A stretch of DNA of 63,466 nucleotides, counting the filler, from Welwitschia mirabilis (lineage: Eukaryota), in assembly GCA_051453625.1 (NCBI GenBank). It is 4 parts of one record of this genome, joined end to end, with 100 filler letters (N's around TTAATTAATTAA, not from the genome) between each part and the next. Parts side by side here need not be neighbours in the genome. Positions count along the whole stretch, not along the records: positions 1 to 30,442 come from JBOZIK010000001.1; 3 more parts are not named here. One strand, 5' to 3'. The translations under genes were made by a program, and so were the position numbers. Within the stretch, counting starts at the first letter, position 1. Each line of letters begins with the position of its first letter. The notes beneath the pieces are model-generated. The model ran no database searches. It was not told the DNA's origin and saw only the letters and a list, made by a program, of their open reading frames with translations. This document shows, piece after piece, positions 13,005 through 26,581 of the stretch.

Positions 13005-14489
13005 TACATGGCCCTACCCATCTAGAGATTATCTTCCCTAGAAATAAATGCAATTTTGCATTATATGCTAAAACTAAATATCATTCCTTGAATTTTTTAG
13101 AAAAATGTATAGGTCATAGAGTCTATTCATTCTTTTCTTATTAATTTTCATGTTTTCATATGCATTATTCATAATCTCATCTAGTTAATTAAGTTGAATG
13201 GCTTTTCATTCTCCTACCTTCTCAAAATCTAAATTGATATTTTTAATGTTGCATAAGCTTTGTGTTCAAGCTTCACAGGTAGATAACAAGCTTTACCATA
13301 AACTAATATAAATGGAGACATGTATAATGGTGTTTTATATGATAATATATAAGCCCACAAAACATTATTTAATTTAAAGAACCAAGCTTTCCTAGTTGAG
13401 TTTACTACTTTTTGTAACATCTTCTTATTTCTTCTATTGGTAACTTTGACACTAGTTAAGGGATGGTAAAGAGTAGAAACTTTGTGAGAGACCTTTTTTT
13501 TAAAAAGCTTATTGAATATTCTATTATAAAAGTGTGATCCTTCATCATTAATCAAAACTCTAGGATAATCAAATCTAGTGAAGATGATTTCCTTAAAAAT
13601 TTCACTCTCATTTGGGTATCATTATTCTTACGAGCACATTCTTCTATTTACTTAGTGAGATAATGAATCATAATGTATTAGTATTCATTGGAAGAGGAAT
13701 ATGGACCTAAAAATTTAGTGCCTCATACACAAAAGTTTCAATAAGAATAATAGGATTCAATGGCATCATATGTCTTCTAGTAAGGCTTACAAGCTTTTTG
13801 AAATTATCACATGCTTTACAATAGAGGTAAGAGACCTTAAAGATGCAAGGCCAATGAAAAATAGATTGGAAAATTTTAGTGGTAATTTTAGTAGTTGAAT
13901 AATGTCCTCCATAAGGCTCAAAATGATAAATTTTAAGTATATCATGAATCTCAAATTGGGGAACACATCTATGCATGATTAATCTAGGTAATATTTGAAG
14001 AAACAAGGACTATTCTAAAAGAAACATTTAACTAGACTTAAGAACTTCTTCCTATTATTAAGAACTCAATGAAAAGAAAATATTTTAAAGACTGAGAAAT
14101 TGGCAACATGAGCATACCAAGGGACCTTCAAAATGAATAAATCATGTGCATCCCAAAAAGTATCATTAATAGGAAGAGAATAATGCATAACATCTTGATA
14201 TATTTGAGAAAGATAACCAAAAACTACATATAAACCATTTTTATTCTTCATTTCCAAATCAAATTCCTATAGGAGCAAAATCCATCTAATTATTCTAGGT
14301 TTGGAATCCTTCTTAGTAAATCCATATTTGAGGGCTGAATGCTCTATGTAAGTAATGACTTAGAACCAAGTAGATATTTCCTAAATTTATCTAAATTTAA
14401 AACTATACAAGGAAATATTTTATAGTAACTATGTAGTTAAGCTAGGTATCAGTCAATGTCTTAATTGCATAATAAATCATAATTGGTTT
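13005..14489 (-). pseudogene. Athila-type gypsy pol remnant (RNase H, integrase zinc finger, core and C-terminus)
   Basis: Motifs [84 protein letters not shown] and LHLFLGKIISRWVGP; ORF fragments 13229-13555, 13707-14006, 14066-14257; many stops. Confidence 0.95.
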
Positions 14490-16830
14490 TGTTAGGGTAC
14501 AAAGGTCTTATACCATGGTTATGCACTTTAAGATTTATTTTTCTTAGAAGATTTTAACTTTACCTTGTTTTTATCTCACCTCATCTTATTTTGATACTTG
14601 GCCACATTTGTCCATTTATTCAAACTTCTATTGAGCCTTTGTTAGTTGTGAGTCCTTTCTCTAGTGATCTCATGTTTCCTTTTCTCCATTGTAAGTTTAC
14701 TATAAGTTATCTCTTATTTATTCAAATCCACTTCACTATAATTTAATTCACTTGAGTACTCTACCATCTTTTAGTCCTAATTAAGTGCATAACCTTGTCT
14801 ATTTAATACCAACAATAATAAATAAGATGATTAAATGCTTTTATTCTAAAAATCTATCTTACTTATTATGATTTATAACTAGTATCAAAGATTTGGAGAC
14901 TTTTCATTAGAGCTTCTTGGATACTTTGAAACTTCTTTGAGCTTCTTGTGACCTCCACCAATGGCTTAAACTCTTAAAGATTCTAGGGTCCTCTTCTTGC
15001 CTTATTTTGGATTCCTTGAAATCATTTATTTCTAGATCACATTCTCCTTTTTTTTAAAAGGAGTTTTCCTTTTTTTAATTGAATTCCTTTTAAAATAGTT
15101 TTTTAAAAAGATTTTTCTATTTAAAATTTTATTATATAAATATGTTTATCTTTTTAAAAAAGACTTTTTTTATTTTTTAAAAAAAAGGAGGAGGGGTTAA
15201 CTTATTTTTCTACTTTATTAACTAGCATAGTTTCTTTATATACCACATCACTAATGGCCATCTCTCTTTTTTCTTATAGCGTAGTCTATCACATTTTGTA
15301 TATCTTATTCTTATCCACCATCTACTTAGTCTTATTCATCTTATTGCATAGTCTACTAGCCTCTATACTTTGTTCATGTCACTATGCATCACCTCCATTT
15401 TACCCTAAAGGCTATCCTCCTTTACATGCTTATTCCTATTCCTAAAATCTCCTATTCTTTCTACCTACTGTCTACTAGTAGCTTCCTCTGTCTTATTTGA
15501 TATTCCTATGATCTCCTTTAAGGCTCCTCCTCTGTGTGCCCTATGCTATGCCCCACTCCTTTTTATCTCATCCTTGGATTTAATCATCACCTCTGTGTGC
15601 TTCATCATTGATGCTACTTTCTCACTATTGTGCCATGTTCAATTGGTTGCACTACTATTGTTAGCCAACTATCATCATACCCACATGTGCTTTTCTTGTT
15701 CTTTATAGCATTGTGGTTTCCTTCTTGTCACTCTGAAAAAGTTTAATTTCATTACTATAATTTATTTTTATAAGGTAAGCACTTATTGTAGTGGTAGAGG
15801 ATTTTTTCTATCATACTGAAGGTTGGAGTTCAAGTCTTCAAAAATCCATTTTCTAGTTTTTTTGAATTTTGCATCCTATAGTATGCACATGCAACATAGC
15901 TTAGCTATAGTCTATTTTGACATACATGTGTTTAACTAAGATATTGCTTAGCATTTTTCCGACACATGTTTTTTAATCATTTTTTAATGTTTTGGAGTTT
16001 TCTTAGGCACTTTTTACTTTTGTAATTTTAGACACACTTTTTAAGCCTTTTATAATGCTTTTTCAAGAGTTTTGGGCATTTTTTCATCATTGCAAGTGCT
16101 TAATCATTATTTTCTTTTTGAAGCAAGATCCAATTGACTTGATTCCTTTTTTTTTTTTTTTAGGTAATCTCATCAAACTAAGCTTATGAATAGATTAAGC
16201 CAAGTTTGGATGTTAAACAAGATTCACTTAGCTTAACTATACCAAATTAGATTCTGTTTTACATGTGTTTTTGTGTTTTTTTCTATTTTTCTCTTTTTTT
16301 CTTTCATATACTTAACTTTTTTAAGTTTAAAATTATGTATAATAATTTAAAGAGGAAAATTACCAATCACCGTGGACACTTAATACATTTCACTAATAAT
16401 AAGTTTTAGTTGGTGAAAAGCATAGGGAGTCTTACATAGACAAAAATCTATGTCAATCTTTATGTTATATTTTGAAGCTTATTACATAGTATTAACTACC
16501 ATAACTATGAAGTTTAGGCCATATAGGAAGCTATGTCTCTCTTAAGAAGAACTTTCTCAAGCATCCCAAGGTCTAAGTTCCTATGTACACCTTAGTAATA
16601 AAGGGTATATTGGATGAAGGCCAGAGGTACAATGGTAGGATCAACTTGGATTTCATCATCAAGAGAAAATAGGATTAATAAAACTTAAAAATTACTAAGT
16701 TATAGGTGTATGAAGATCACTAAAAATGTATTTTATCTTCCCTTAGCATAATTAAAATTGACTAAAAACTTAGACATCCCATTTACATAACTCACACTTA
16801 TTTCTTTACTTCTTTAGGAGATAAGGGGTA
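14490..16830. mobile_element. Unclassified LTR-element-like insertion interrupting the RNase H
   Basis: Pol similarity stops abruptly at TGTTAGGGTAC (14490); a similar terminus, TGTTAGGGTGC, marks another insertion edge at 62158 on minus. Internal content not resolved. Confidence 0.4.
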
Positions 16831-17952
16831 ATTATTCATATATCAGGGTGAACTGGATTTAACTCCATTCACACTTAATATTATTTTTTCCACAAGATAA
16901 CTAGGGTTTGTTTTAAAAAGTTTACATTCACTTTTACTTAAATTCAAGTTATAATAAAAAGAAATAAAAAAGAGAATAGTTTATAACTTTATTAAAACTT
17001 TATAAGAAAAGAGAAAGCAAGTAATCTTAAAGTGTTTTTCTAATTAATCCTTTAGTAATTTCTCACTTGATCATATGATTTACTATCTTAAAATAAACTT
17101 TAGCCTATTAAATATAAAGGCTTGAGTTATGATGATATAATCTTATTTATCATATGAGTATTATTGAATTTAAAAGTCATTGATCCTTTATAGCCTAAAA
17201 ATAAAAATGAAAAGTATGAACTTAAAGTGCATAAGATCCATGAAATTAATTAGAGTTACACTTGATTAATAGAATAAAACTTGATAATATGTTATTACTA
17301 AATCATTTAGTACAAAATGAATTGAGACTAACAATTAAAAGAAAATAACTCTTTAGTATTGAATAAGAAATGGGCATATTACATTAAATATGAAGGAAGT
17401 TAAAGAACTCCTCAAGCTATTCTTGAATGCATGCTTACTTCTTAAATAAGTTATTATTAGGCTATTACAACTTAATGCTCAAAGTTTTTATTATATAATA
17501 AAATGAAGGATATTACAATGAAATATTTAAGACTCTTTTATAGGTAAGAATGAAGGTGGGGGTGGTTATAAACCTTTATCTTGTAGTTTTAGGTAAGCAT
17601 TTATATAATGATGGCATTAGGAAGGGTGTTTTGTTATCCATTCATTTGGTAAAAATCCTTATGACATGGCTAATGCTTAACTTCTTGATGTTGCTACCAC
17701 TTCCAACCATTAACATCATCATGTCTTTCAACTGACATCCTACTTAGTAATGCCACACGTCCTATTGTGTATTATCATTATCATTGCCATATATCACCAA
17801 GAATGCTAGTTGTTTCTAATGTGAAATTTTATCAAGCCTTTAATCAAGTCCATAACTAAATTTAATCCAAATTTTCATGATAATTCAAGAACATGAGAAT
17901 GGAGGTGTTTTATGTAGAATAAGTGGTGGTGCATAATAACTTGAATGATAGC

Positions 17953-19538
17953 TATTAGTAAATCTAGTTTTGATGATTTCACTTATCAAATATTTTGTAT
18001 CATTGTGTAGAAAATTCATTGTAAAGAACATCAGATCATGATAAGCATAAGTCATTATTGAATCTTCAAATATGATATCTTATAAAAGGGTTCAATTGTT
18101 AAAATGCAAAACTAGTTATCTAAAGAAATTTATAGAATGGAAGGCATCTATGGTAAAAATGTATAATCAATTAAAAACATCTCTGATGAAGATTTCTATA
18201 GATTAAAGATGTCTCTTATGTACTAGCTTTTAAGTCATAAATTAAAGATAACTATCTCATTAAATATGATTATGCTGAAAGTTGAATCAGATATAGATGA
18301 AGACATTTCCATGTTTGAATATGTCTATACTAAATTGAAATGGGTAATAGGATTATTTTGTAATTTTACTAATATTTTACATTTTAGATGATCTATCAAC
18401 TTTTACATTATGAATTCATAATCACAAAGGTTCAAAGATTATACAAATCAATTTTCATCAATTTTTGGGAAAGTTCACTAGAGATTTTTATGAGGTAAAA
18501 ATGTATAACTAGTAGTAGATGTCATAAATTTATTAAAAAAAATATTAAAATTCATGTTAATTAAAAGTAAAAATGCACGTTTGATGCCTAGACATTTTCT
18601 ATTCATTACATGATAGTTACAAAGTTTAGATAACTACTGCTGAAGGTTAAATGGCTAGTTTTCTTCAATGGTATAAAGGCATGATGTCATCAAATAAATT
18701 AGAACTTTTAGTACTTTAAGAAAACATAATACACAAATCTAGCATAGAGCACAAATGCATGGATGATTAGAACTTCTCATAAAGGATTAAAGATATCATT
18801 TACAGAAGAGCTTATAGTGCTTTCATATTTTATTCTTAGATCCCACATCATCACATTATTTATTTTTGCACTTGTAATGAAGATAATAATAAGGAACTTA
18901 AGTTTTTTTTTCAAATATACATCTTTTAGACTTATTATTGTATTGTATTTGTAGATCTTAAATTATTGGACTATCTTATTTCTAAATATCAAGTCTATTC
19001 TTGTATTACATGTTGCATTATAATGTAACCCTTATACAAGTGTGCATTGAAATTATGCCTATGAGCACTTGCATTATTGTAAGGCTAGTGGTGAGCAACA
19101 AAACTACTCTTTCCATATAGCAAAAAGAGTACTACCTTTTAAGGAGACTCTCATTATTGAAAGGTTTATGGTGTGCTTAGGAAACCACTATTTCCTTATG
19201 TGGAAGAGAATGTTGCTTTGTGAGGAGACTTTCATTGTTGTAAGGTTTGTGATATGCCTAAAAAATCACTATTTTCCTATGGGGAAAAGAGTCTACCTTG
19301 AAAGGAGATTCTCATTGTTATAAGATTGGTGGTACACCAAAAAACCACTATTTTCTTGTATGTTAAGAATATCCAGTGTTATAAGAGGAAGTTATTCTTT
19401 ATGTAAACATATCTAGATTAGGAACCATGTTATCTTAATAAGGTATTTTTGTAATTGTGGTTTTTTATTCTATTATTGATTAAAAATTTTTATTTGGTAA
19501 ACTCATTCACCCATCTTCTCTAACTTCAATGGTCCTCA
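17953..19538 (+). repeat. 5' LTR of element A
   Basis: Colinear with 25204-26581 plus 43592-43804; ends ATTCACCCATCTTCTCTAACTTCAATGGTCCTCA before the PBS. Confidence 0.92.
19075..19360. repeat. ~80-bp tandem repeat (about 3.5 copies) in LTR of A; repeated at ~26325-26580
   Basis: Anchor AGGAGAYT at 19142, 19223 and 19303. Confidence 0.88.
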
Positions 19539-19590
19539 AGTGGTATTACAATAAGTACTCATGAAAAGAAGTAACTACCTTAAGTAAACA

Positions 19591-21830
19591 ATGGAAAGGA
19601 TGTCATCCATTACCTCTGCTCTTTGATGGGATAAACTATGCCTATTAGAAGATGAGTATGTAGTTGTACTTATAGTCTTTTGAGTTTTAGGTATGACAAA
19701 GCATAAAATAAGGATACATAGATCCTATGAAAACTATAGCAGATGTTGCAAATAATACCATCACTTAGATAAAGCAAAGAAAAGATTAAAAAGATGAGGA
19801 AAAAGTTCATGCATAAGTTTAAAGTAAAAAATGCACTTTATTCTACTTTAAGAATAGAATAGCTGGTTGTAAGATAATACAAGAGATTTGGAATGTTCTT
19901 ATTAGAACATATGAGGAAAATTATATTATCAATTAATCAAAGCTTCTCATATGGACAAATCAATTCAAGAATCACAAGATAAACCATGGAGAAAAGTTCA
20001 TAAGTACTTTACTAGAGTTTTCAACATTGTAAATGCAATACAAGGCATTAGGAAAAGTCTTTTAGAAGTAAAGGTAATACAAAAATTTATCAGATCTCTA
20101 ACCCTTAAATACAAGCCCAAAACTATAGATATGAAAGAGTTAAGGAACTATAACACCATGAAGATAGAATAGCTATAATGTGCTCTATAGCATATGAAAT
20201 GAATCACATACAAGATAAAGTCATAAAATAAAAACCATTGCACTTAAGATAAGTGAGATCACAAAATGAAATTCAAAAGGAGAGGTAAAAGAAGAACAAG
20301 AAGAAGATGGCTTTCATGATGAAGTAGATGAGTAACTTATCCTCATCACAAAAAGAGTAAAGAAACTTCTTGTACATAATCATAACAAAAGAAAGAACTT
20401 CATGAAATCATCTAGTTTTCAAGCCAAATGTACGTTTAAAGGTAAGTCTTTTGATAATACTTCTTTTCCTAATATTTCTAAAGTAGAATGTTGGATATAT
20501 AGAGGACAAAAACATATAGCCTTAGAATGTCCTGGTGCTAATGTAATGCAAGATAAAGAACAAAAGAAAGAGCTAAAGAAGAAGACATCTTCTTTACAAG
20601 ATGGAATGATGATGAAGAAGCAATGGAAGAAAAAACATCTAATGATGTAAAATCTTATCCTTGTTATATGGTTCTTATACACTTTCAAGAAGAAGATGAT
20701 GAGATAGAAGAAGAGTATATTTAGAAAGTGAAGATGATACAAGTACAAACCTTTTAAAAAGGTATGTCTTAATTTTTGAAGAGCTTGTTAAACTATAAAA
20801 GGTATGTCTCAAGATGAAAGTATTACTTCATACTTATGAAAAAGCTTATAACTAATAAAAACATGTTTATAATAAATTATCTTCTAAAAATTCAGCTCTT
20901 AAAGTTGAGGTCAAAGAAATAACATGTGATTTGAAAAATGTAAAATAAGAACTATTAGATTTAAAGAAAATTAAAAAAAAAATTTACCCAAGGAAAGAAG
21001 AGTTTAAATATCATTCTTGGGCAATGTAGAAGTTTAAATGACAATAGTGGATTAGGAAACAATAATTCATCATCTAGTACTTTAGCCTCTTTGATTGACA
21101 AATGGAATTATAAGCCAAGGTATAAACATTTAGCATTTACAAAAAATATCATTTATTACTATTATCATAATAGAAGTCACTATCAATATAAATTTCCAAT
21201 GAAAATTAAAAATGTGTATTATACTAACAATGCCAAAAGACATAGTTGAATTATGTATCATTTTGTGTAGGATAAACTAAAAAAAGTATGGGTACCAAAA
21301 GCAAAACTAGCACTTTTAGCATAAACTACTCTTAAATCCATGAAGAAGAATGCTTGGTATGTTGATAGTGGATGGTCAAAAAATATTACGGAAGATAGAT
21401 TCAATTTCACCACATTGATAAAATAAAATAAAGGAATTAAAACTTTTGAAGATAACACAGAGGCACTGATAAAAAGGTATTGGTCCTATTATAGGAGGAA
21501 ATTAAGCAGAGCTAAAGAATGTATGATTTGTAAAAGATTTGTAATACAACTTATTGAGTGTAAGTTAACTTTGTGATGTAAATATTTTTTAAACTTTTTC
21601 AAAAGATGATTATATTATTAGAGAATAAAACACTACCATATCTTTATTTACTAGTATAAGCAAATAAAATGTATATGTTACTATCTTACAAGATACTTAT
21701 AATAATGAAACCAAGTGTTTCTTAAATAAAGTAGAAGAAGAAAAGTAGTAACACAAAAATATTTGACATGAAAAGAAGGAAATGGTAAGAGGACCCTCTA
21801 GGTTGAAAGGCATTTAAATTTGTGAATAAC
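19591..21830 (+). pseudogene. Sirevirus gag, protease and GAG-pre-integrase remnant (element A)
   Basis: PLLFDGINYAY*KM, VIQKFIRSLTLKYKPK, zinc knuckle remnant CWIYRGQKHIALEC, KVWVPK, WYVDSG at 21355; colinear with 50275-52580. Confidence 0.9.
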
Positions 21831-22159
21831 ATTAAAAAATATTTAATATAGCACAGAAATTAAAACAAAGGCATCATGATGCAATATTCTGATAAACCAC
21901 TTAGCAGTATGATCATAGAATCTCAAGGTATTGAAAGATATATAAATCTATATAGTAACTTAAGGATTGGGCTTTGTCCAATTAGGTAATTTAATAGGTA
22001 ATATCATTTAAATTTTCAACTCCATATTGTAATTATCTTATGAGTTAAAATTGTAGTTAGGTATACTAAAAGTTATAGTATATTCTTGTTATTTTACTTT
22101 TTCAAAGAATTATAGTTATAATTATATCATTAAAAGAATAATTTAATGTTTCTAGAACT

Positions 22160-22430
22160 TTAATTGCAAATGTCTTCAATTTTATAGACATCTATAAAAA
22201 AAAAAATCTTCAAATTATAGACATCTTTAGAGCAGACATCTTGAGTTTTACATATGTCTTCAAAGGTCAAATACACTTATTTAATTTTTGAAAATAGATG
22301 TCTTGGATTTTATAGATGTCCTGATAATAAGAAAATCTATTACAAAACTTTTGACAATAGACATATTCAATTTTATAGACATCTACTTTTTGCATTTTAG
22401 ATGTGTTTTAGTAGGTAGACATCTTGACTG
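22160..22430. promoter_or_regulatory. Cluster of AGACGTCT-derived palindromic motifs upstream of the env-like ORF
   Basis: About ten AGACATCT/AGATGTCT variants, including TTTTATAGACATCTATAAAA; the same motif is abundant in the LTRs of A and D. Confidence 0.8.
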
Positions 22431-22705
22431 TGTTGTTACAAAACCTAAAATGCACTACAAACTTATGGTTTGACCCTTCTTATTTGGATAATAGGTCAGT
22501 AAATATCATTTTCAAGTCTCCACTTAATAGGTATTTTTATTAGAAGATTTCTTAGGCTTGATTTTTTCATATTTCATTACCATGATATCTTGGATTTTTT
22601 AGACATCTCCATAGTAAGAAAGAATAGGGTTTTCCATTATTCGAGTGAATAATTTTCATTGTTTCTTATATTTTAATTGATTTTTAATTATTTTTTCCAA
22701 ATATA

Positions 22706-24400
22706 TTATAAAAATAATTAGAAGAAAATCATTTGGTTCTTCTAAAGGTAAAGAACAAGCTTTAGAGTAGCAAAGAGCATAATATGAGCCTTAGTTCTAA
22801 CATGATAAGTAACCAGAAGATATGTAACTTACTTAAGAAATTCCATTATTGTAGAAAGGACTCTTTAATTTTAGAGGTGGTGCAAAAATTATCTTGTTAC
22901 TTATTTTACATAGCTTAATTGAAAAATCATCATACCACTAGACTAGAGTATTTCAAGTCCTATTCTAATAGATTTCTATGCCAATATACGTGAAATAGAT
23001 GATAGCATAGGTGCCTTTTAAACTTAGATCAAAGGTACTTCTTTGCATATTATTTCTAGTTTTATTAATTCTTTGATTCACATGGATTATTTAGATATGC
23101 CTCATATTTATGTACATTCATTTAAAGATAATTTTACTTCTAGAGTTATCAATGTACCAAAGAAAAATATGATTAATGTTTTATTTGGATACACTAGAAT
23201 GAATTTTGTAGAAAACATAGAGTGTAAAGATATAATTCTAGATGCTTCTATTCTTAATTTAATCATGTTTTATAATATTTTGGTGAGAAAAGGCATTTAT
23301 AGTTGTAAACCAATGTAGACCTTTATAATTTATTATTTACTCACAGGATTGAAGATAGATTTGGGCCTTATTTTGTGCATAGATATTATCTCTCTATTTT
23401 GCAAGGGTTAAACACTTGGTCAACCTTGTCTAATCAATTGAATCATTAGCAGTGCTAGAATTTCTATTTCTTAAGTTAATCTTATTCATTAGAAGAAATG
23501 TTTAGCAGAATTTAGTAAGAAAAAAAAAGTACTAGTGCTACCAGGTAAGGGCACAAGTAGGAGGCATTCATAGTTTTAGAGATCTTATTTTATTACTATT
23601 ACAACTCTTCTTCAGTAAAAAGGGATTAAAAGTAATAGCTAAAATGATGAGTAAAATTGATAAAAATTTAATGAGGCTAAAGAAGCACAAGTCTATAAAT
23701 GGTGAGGGCGAGGCATCAAAAAATATTTGGGAATCCATGATAACTCCCACATGGTTAGATTTAGATGAGGAAAAAGAAGAAAAAGTAGCATCTGTAGCTC
23801 CACCTGGCATAGGATAGAACTCTACTAGAGTAGTTGATAGTAATTTTATAGAGGAGTCATTAAGAGATGACGCATAGGCTTAGGATGAGTATCAGACTTC
23901 CATATAGGCATAAGTATAGGAGGATTAATAAGCTCTTATCCATCATAGCAGAGGCAACAGTAGTAGGAGATAAAGTTTTAAGAGTTCAGATGTATAGTCT
24001 CTTATCTTCCACTGTTCATATCATAATATTCTAGTTTACCATCCTACTTAGACACCTTCATCATGTTTTACAATTCAATCACCTCCACTCCTACCTTATT
24101 CACCTCTAGTATGCATATCATTATCATTGCCATCTCACATTGAGTCCATTTAGGTGCCACTTATTTTTACTATTTAATTACCATCATCCTTTACCAAGAC
24201 AACCATAGCCTATTTTTTTAGGATGCCCATCACTTCTCAAACATAAGAACGTATGAGGAGATAGGCCCATTGGGGCCTAGATAAGACATCTCAGTGTCCT
24301 TCTAAGAAGCATCATGCTTCATCATTCACAACCTTTTCATCTTATATCCAATAAAGTTTCACCACTTATGATAGTAACAAAAATGACAAATAAGATCAAG
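22706..24400 (+). pseudogene. Sirevirus env-like (extra 3') ORF, degenerate
   Basis: Lies between pol remnant and PPT; motifs SSKGKEQ, IIVER, ILIDFYANIR (DFYAN at 22971) and KIDLG, followed by acidic and Pro/Ser-rich segments; many stops. Boundaries approximate. Confidence 0.65.
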
Positions 24401-25203
24401 GTACATATTATATAAGTGGCTCTACTCTCACTGATTTAATCCTTTTATCTACTATCCAAAAAAGAAAAGAAGTTTTACCAAATTAATTGGGTAGATTAGT
24501 TGCATTTAGTTAGGCAAATCAGTTGCATTGGGTTAAGAATATATTGTTGAACATGAAGCATTTATCTTTAAGATGTTGAATTGGATCCCTGAGTACCATC
24601 ATTGTTCATTGATGATTACTCGTATTGTTTGGCATACATTGATGTCATCTATTATTTCTACAATTATTGATTGTTAACACACTTTTTCTATTAGCACACT
24701 CTCATGTCTTAATATCATGTTATTGTTGGCATATTTCTAAAATGTTATGCTCTAATTTTTATTGATTAAGATATTTTTCATCATCTTCATATTATATACT
24801 GCTAGCACCTTCTATTATAATATGCTATCATTTTTACTATCAATACATTGCCATAATCATGTTTTTTTTATGATGTATTATCAAACACAAATCAAATGCC
24901 ATGCTCTAATTTTATATTTGGAATATTACTATTAGCATATCTTATTTGATTAATCATCAATATTTTTTAATGTAATTATTAAATGTTTTTATGTCTTTCT
25001 TACTCTACATCCTACATATTTATTTGAATGGCTAATATCATGATTTGTCTAAAGTCTATCTGCCTTTATTTTTTGTTTAAGTGATATTACCAAATGTTTA
25101 TCTACTTTTCTACCTTAATCATGAATATTTAATTTGAGTTATTTAATTTAGACTATACTATGAATATTTACCAAGTTTTGAACATCATCAAAAAGGGGGA
25201 GAT

Positions 25204-26581
25204 TATTGGTAAATATAATTTTAATAATTTTACTTGTTAAATATTTTATATCATTATGTAGATAGGTCATTACAAAGAACATCATATCATGATAAGTACA
25301 AGTTTTTATCAAACCTTCAAAGATGATATCTTATAAAAGGGTTTAGTTATTAAAATGCAAAACTAGTTATTTGAAGATTTCTACAGAATGGAAGATATCT
25401 ATGGTGAAAAAGTTTAGATAACTAAAGATGTTTCTAATGAAGACATTTATAGATTAAATACATCTCTAATGTACTAGCTTTCAGGTCATATTTTAAAAAT
25501 AATAATCTCATCAAATATGACTATATTAAAAGTTGAACTAAACATAGATAAATATGTTTAATGTTTGAAGACATCTATACTACACTAAAATAGGTAACAC
25601 AGTTATTTTATACTTTGACTAATATTTTATGTTTCAAGTGAGCTATTAACTATTACATTATGGATTCATGATCATAAAGGTCCAAATATTATATAAACCA
25701 ATTTTCATCAATTTCTAGGAAAGTTCACTAAAGATTTCTACAAGGTAAATATATCTAACTATTAGTATATGTCTATAAATTTAAATATGTCTTAGATCAA
25801 AGTTCATGTTGATTTAAAAACAAAGATGTGCATTCAATGCCTAGATTTTTCTTATCCATTACATAATGGTTACAAAGTTTTCATGGCTTCTATTTGATAT
25901 CAAACAGCTAGTTTTTCTTCAATGATATAAAGGCACAACATTACGAAACAAATCACAACTTTTAACAATTTAAAGAAATATAATAAATTAATCTAGCACA
26001 AATGCTCAAGTGATTAAACTTCTTACAAAGAATTAAGGATATCAGTTATAAATGAGATTATAGTACTTTCATCTTTTATTCTTAAATCCTCCATCATCAC
26101 ATACTTGGTTTTTGCACTCATGATGAATATAATAACAAGGAACACAAGTTTTTTTTCAAGCTACATCTTTTAGGCTTGTTGTTATATTGTATTTGTGGAT
26201 CTTACATTATTATATTATATTATTTTTAAATATTATTATAAGTCCATTCTTATATTACAAAACTCATTGTAAGGCAACCCGTTTACGAGCATGCACTAAG
26301 ATTATACCTGTAAGCACTTGCATTATTATAAGGTTAGTGGTGAACTAAAAGATACTATTCCCTATGGGGAAGAGAGTGTTGCCTTGTGAGAATACTCTCA
26401 TTATTATAAAGTTTGTAATACACTTTATAAACCATTATTTTCATACATAGAAGAGAGTATTGCCTTGTGAGAAGACTTCCCTTAGTGTAAGGTTTGTGAT
26501 GCACTTGGAAAACTACTATTTCCTTGCAAGAAAGGGAGTGCCTTCTTACAAGAAGGTTCTTATTATTATAAGGCTGGTAGT
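25204..26581 (+). repeat. 3' LTR of element A, first part
   Basis: Follows the PPT; colinear with 17953-19332. Confidence 0.92.

Noticed and set aside
16370-16720. Possible Tat/Ogre protease-region remnant on minus strand
   Set aside because: Only a vague resemblance (..SKYN..FHQLK..) with no clear catalytic motif.
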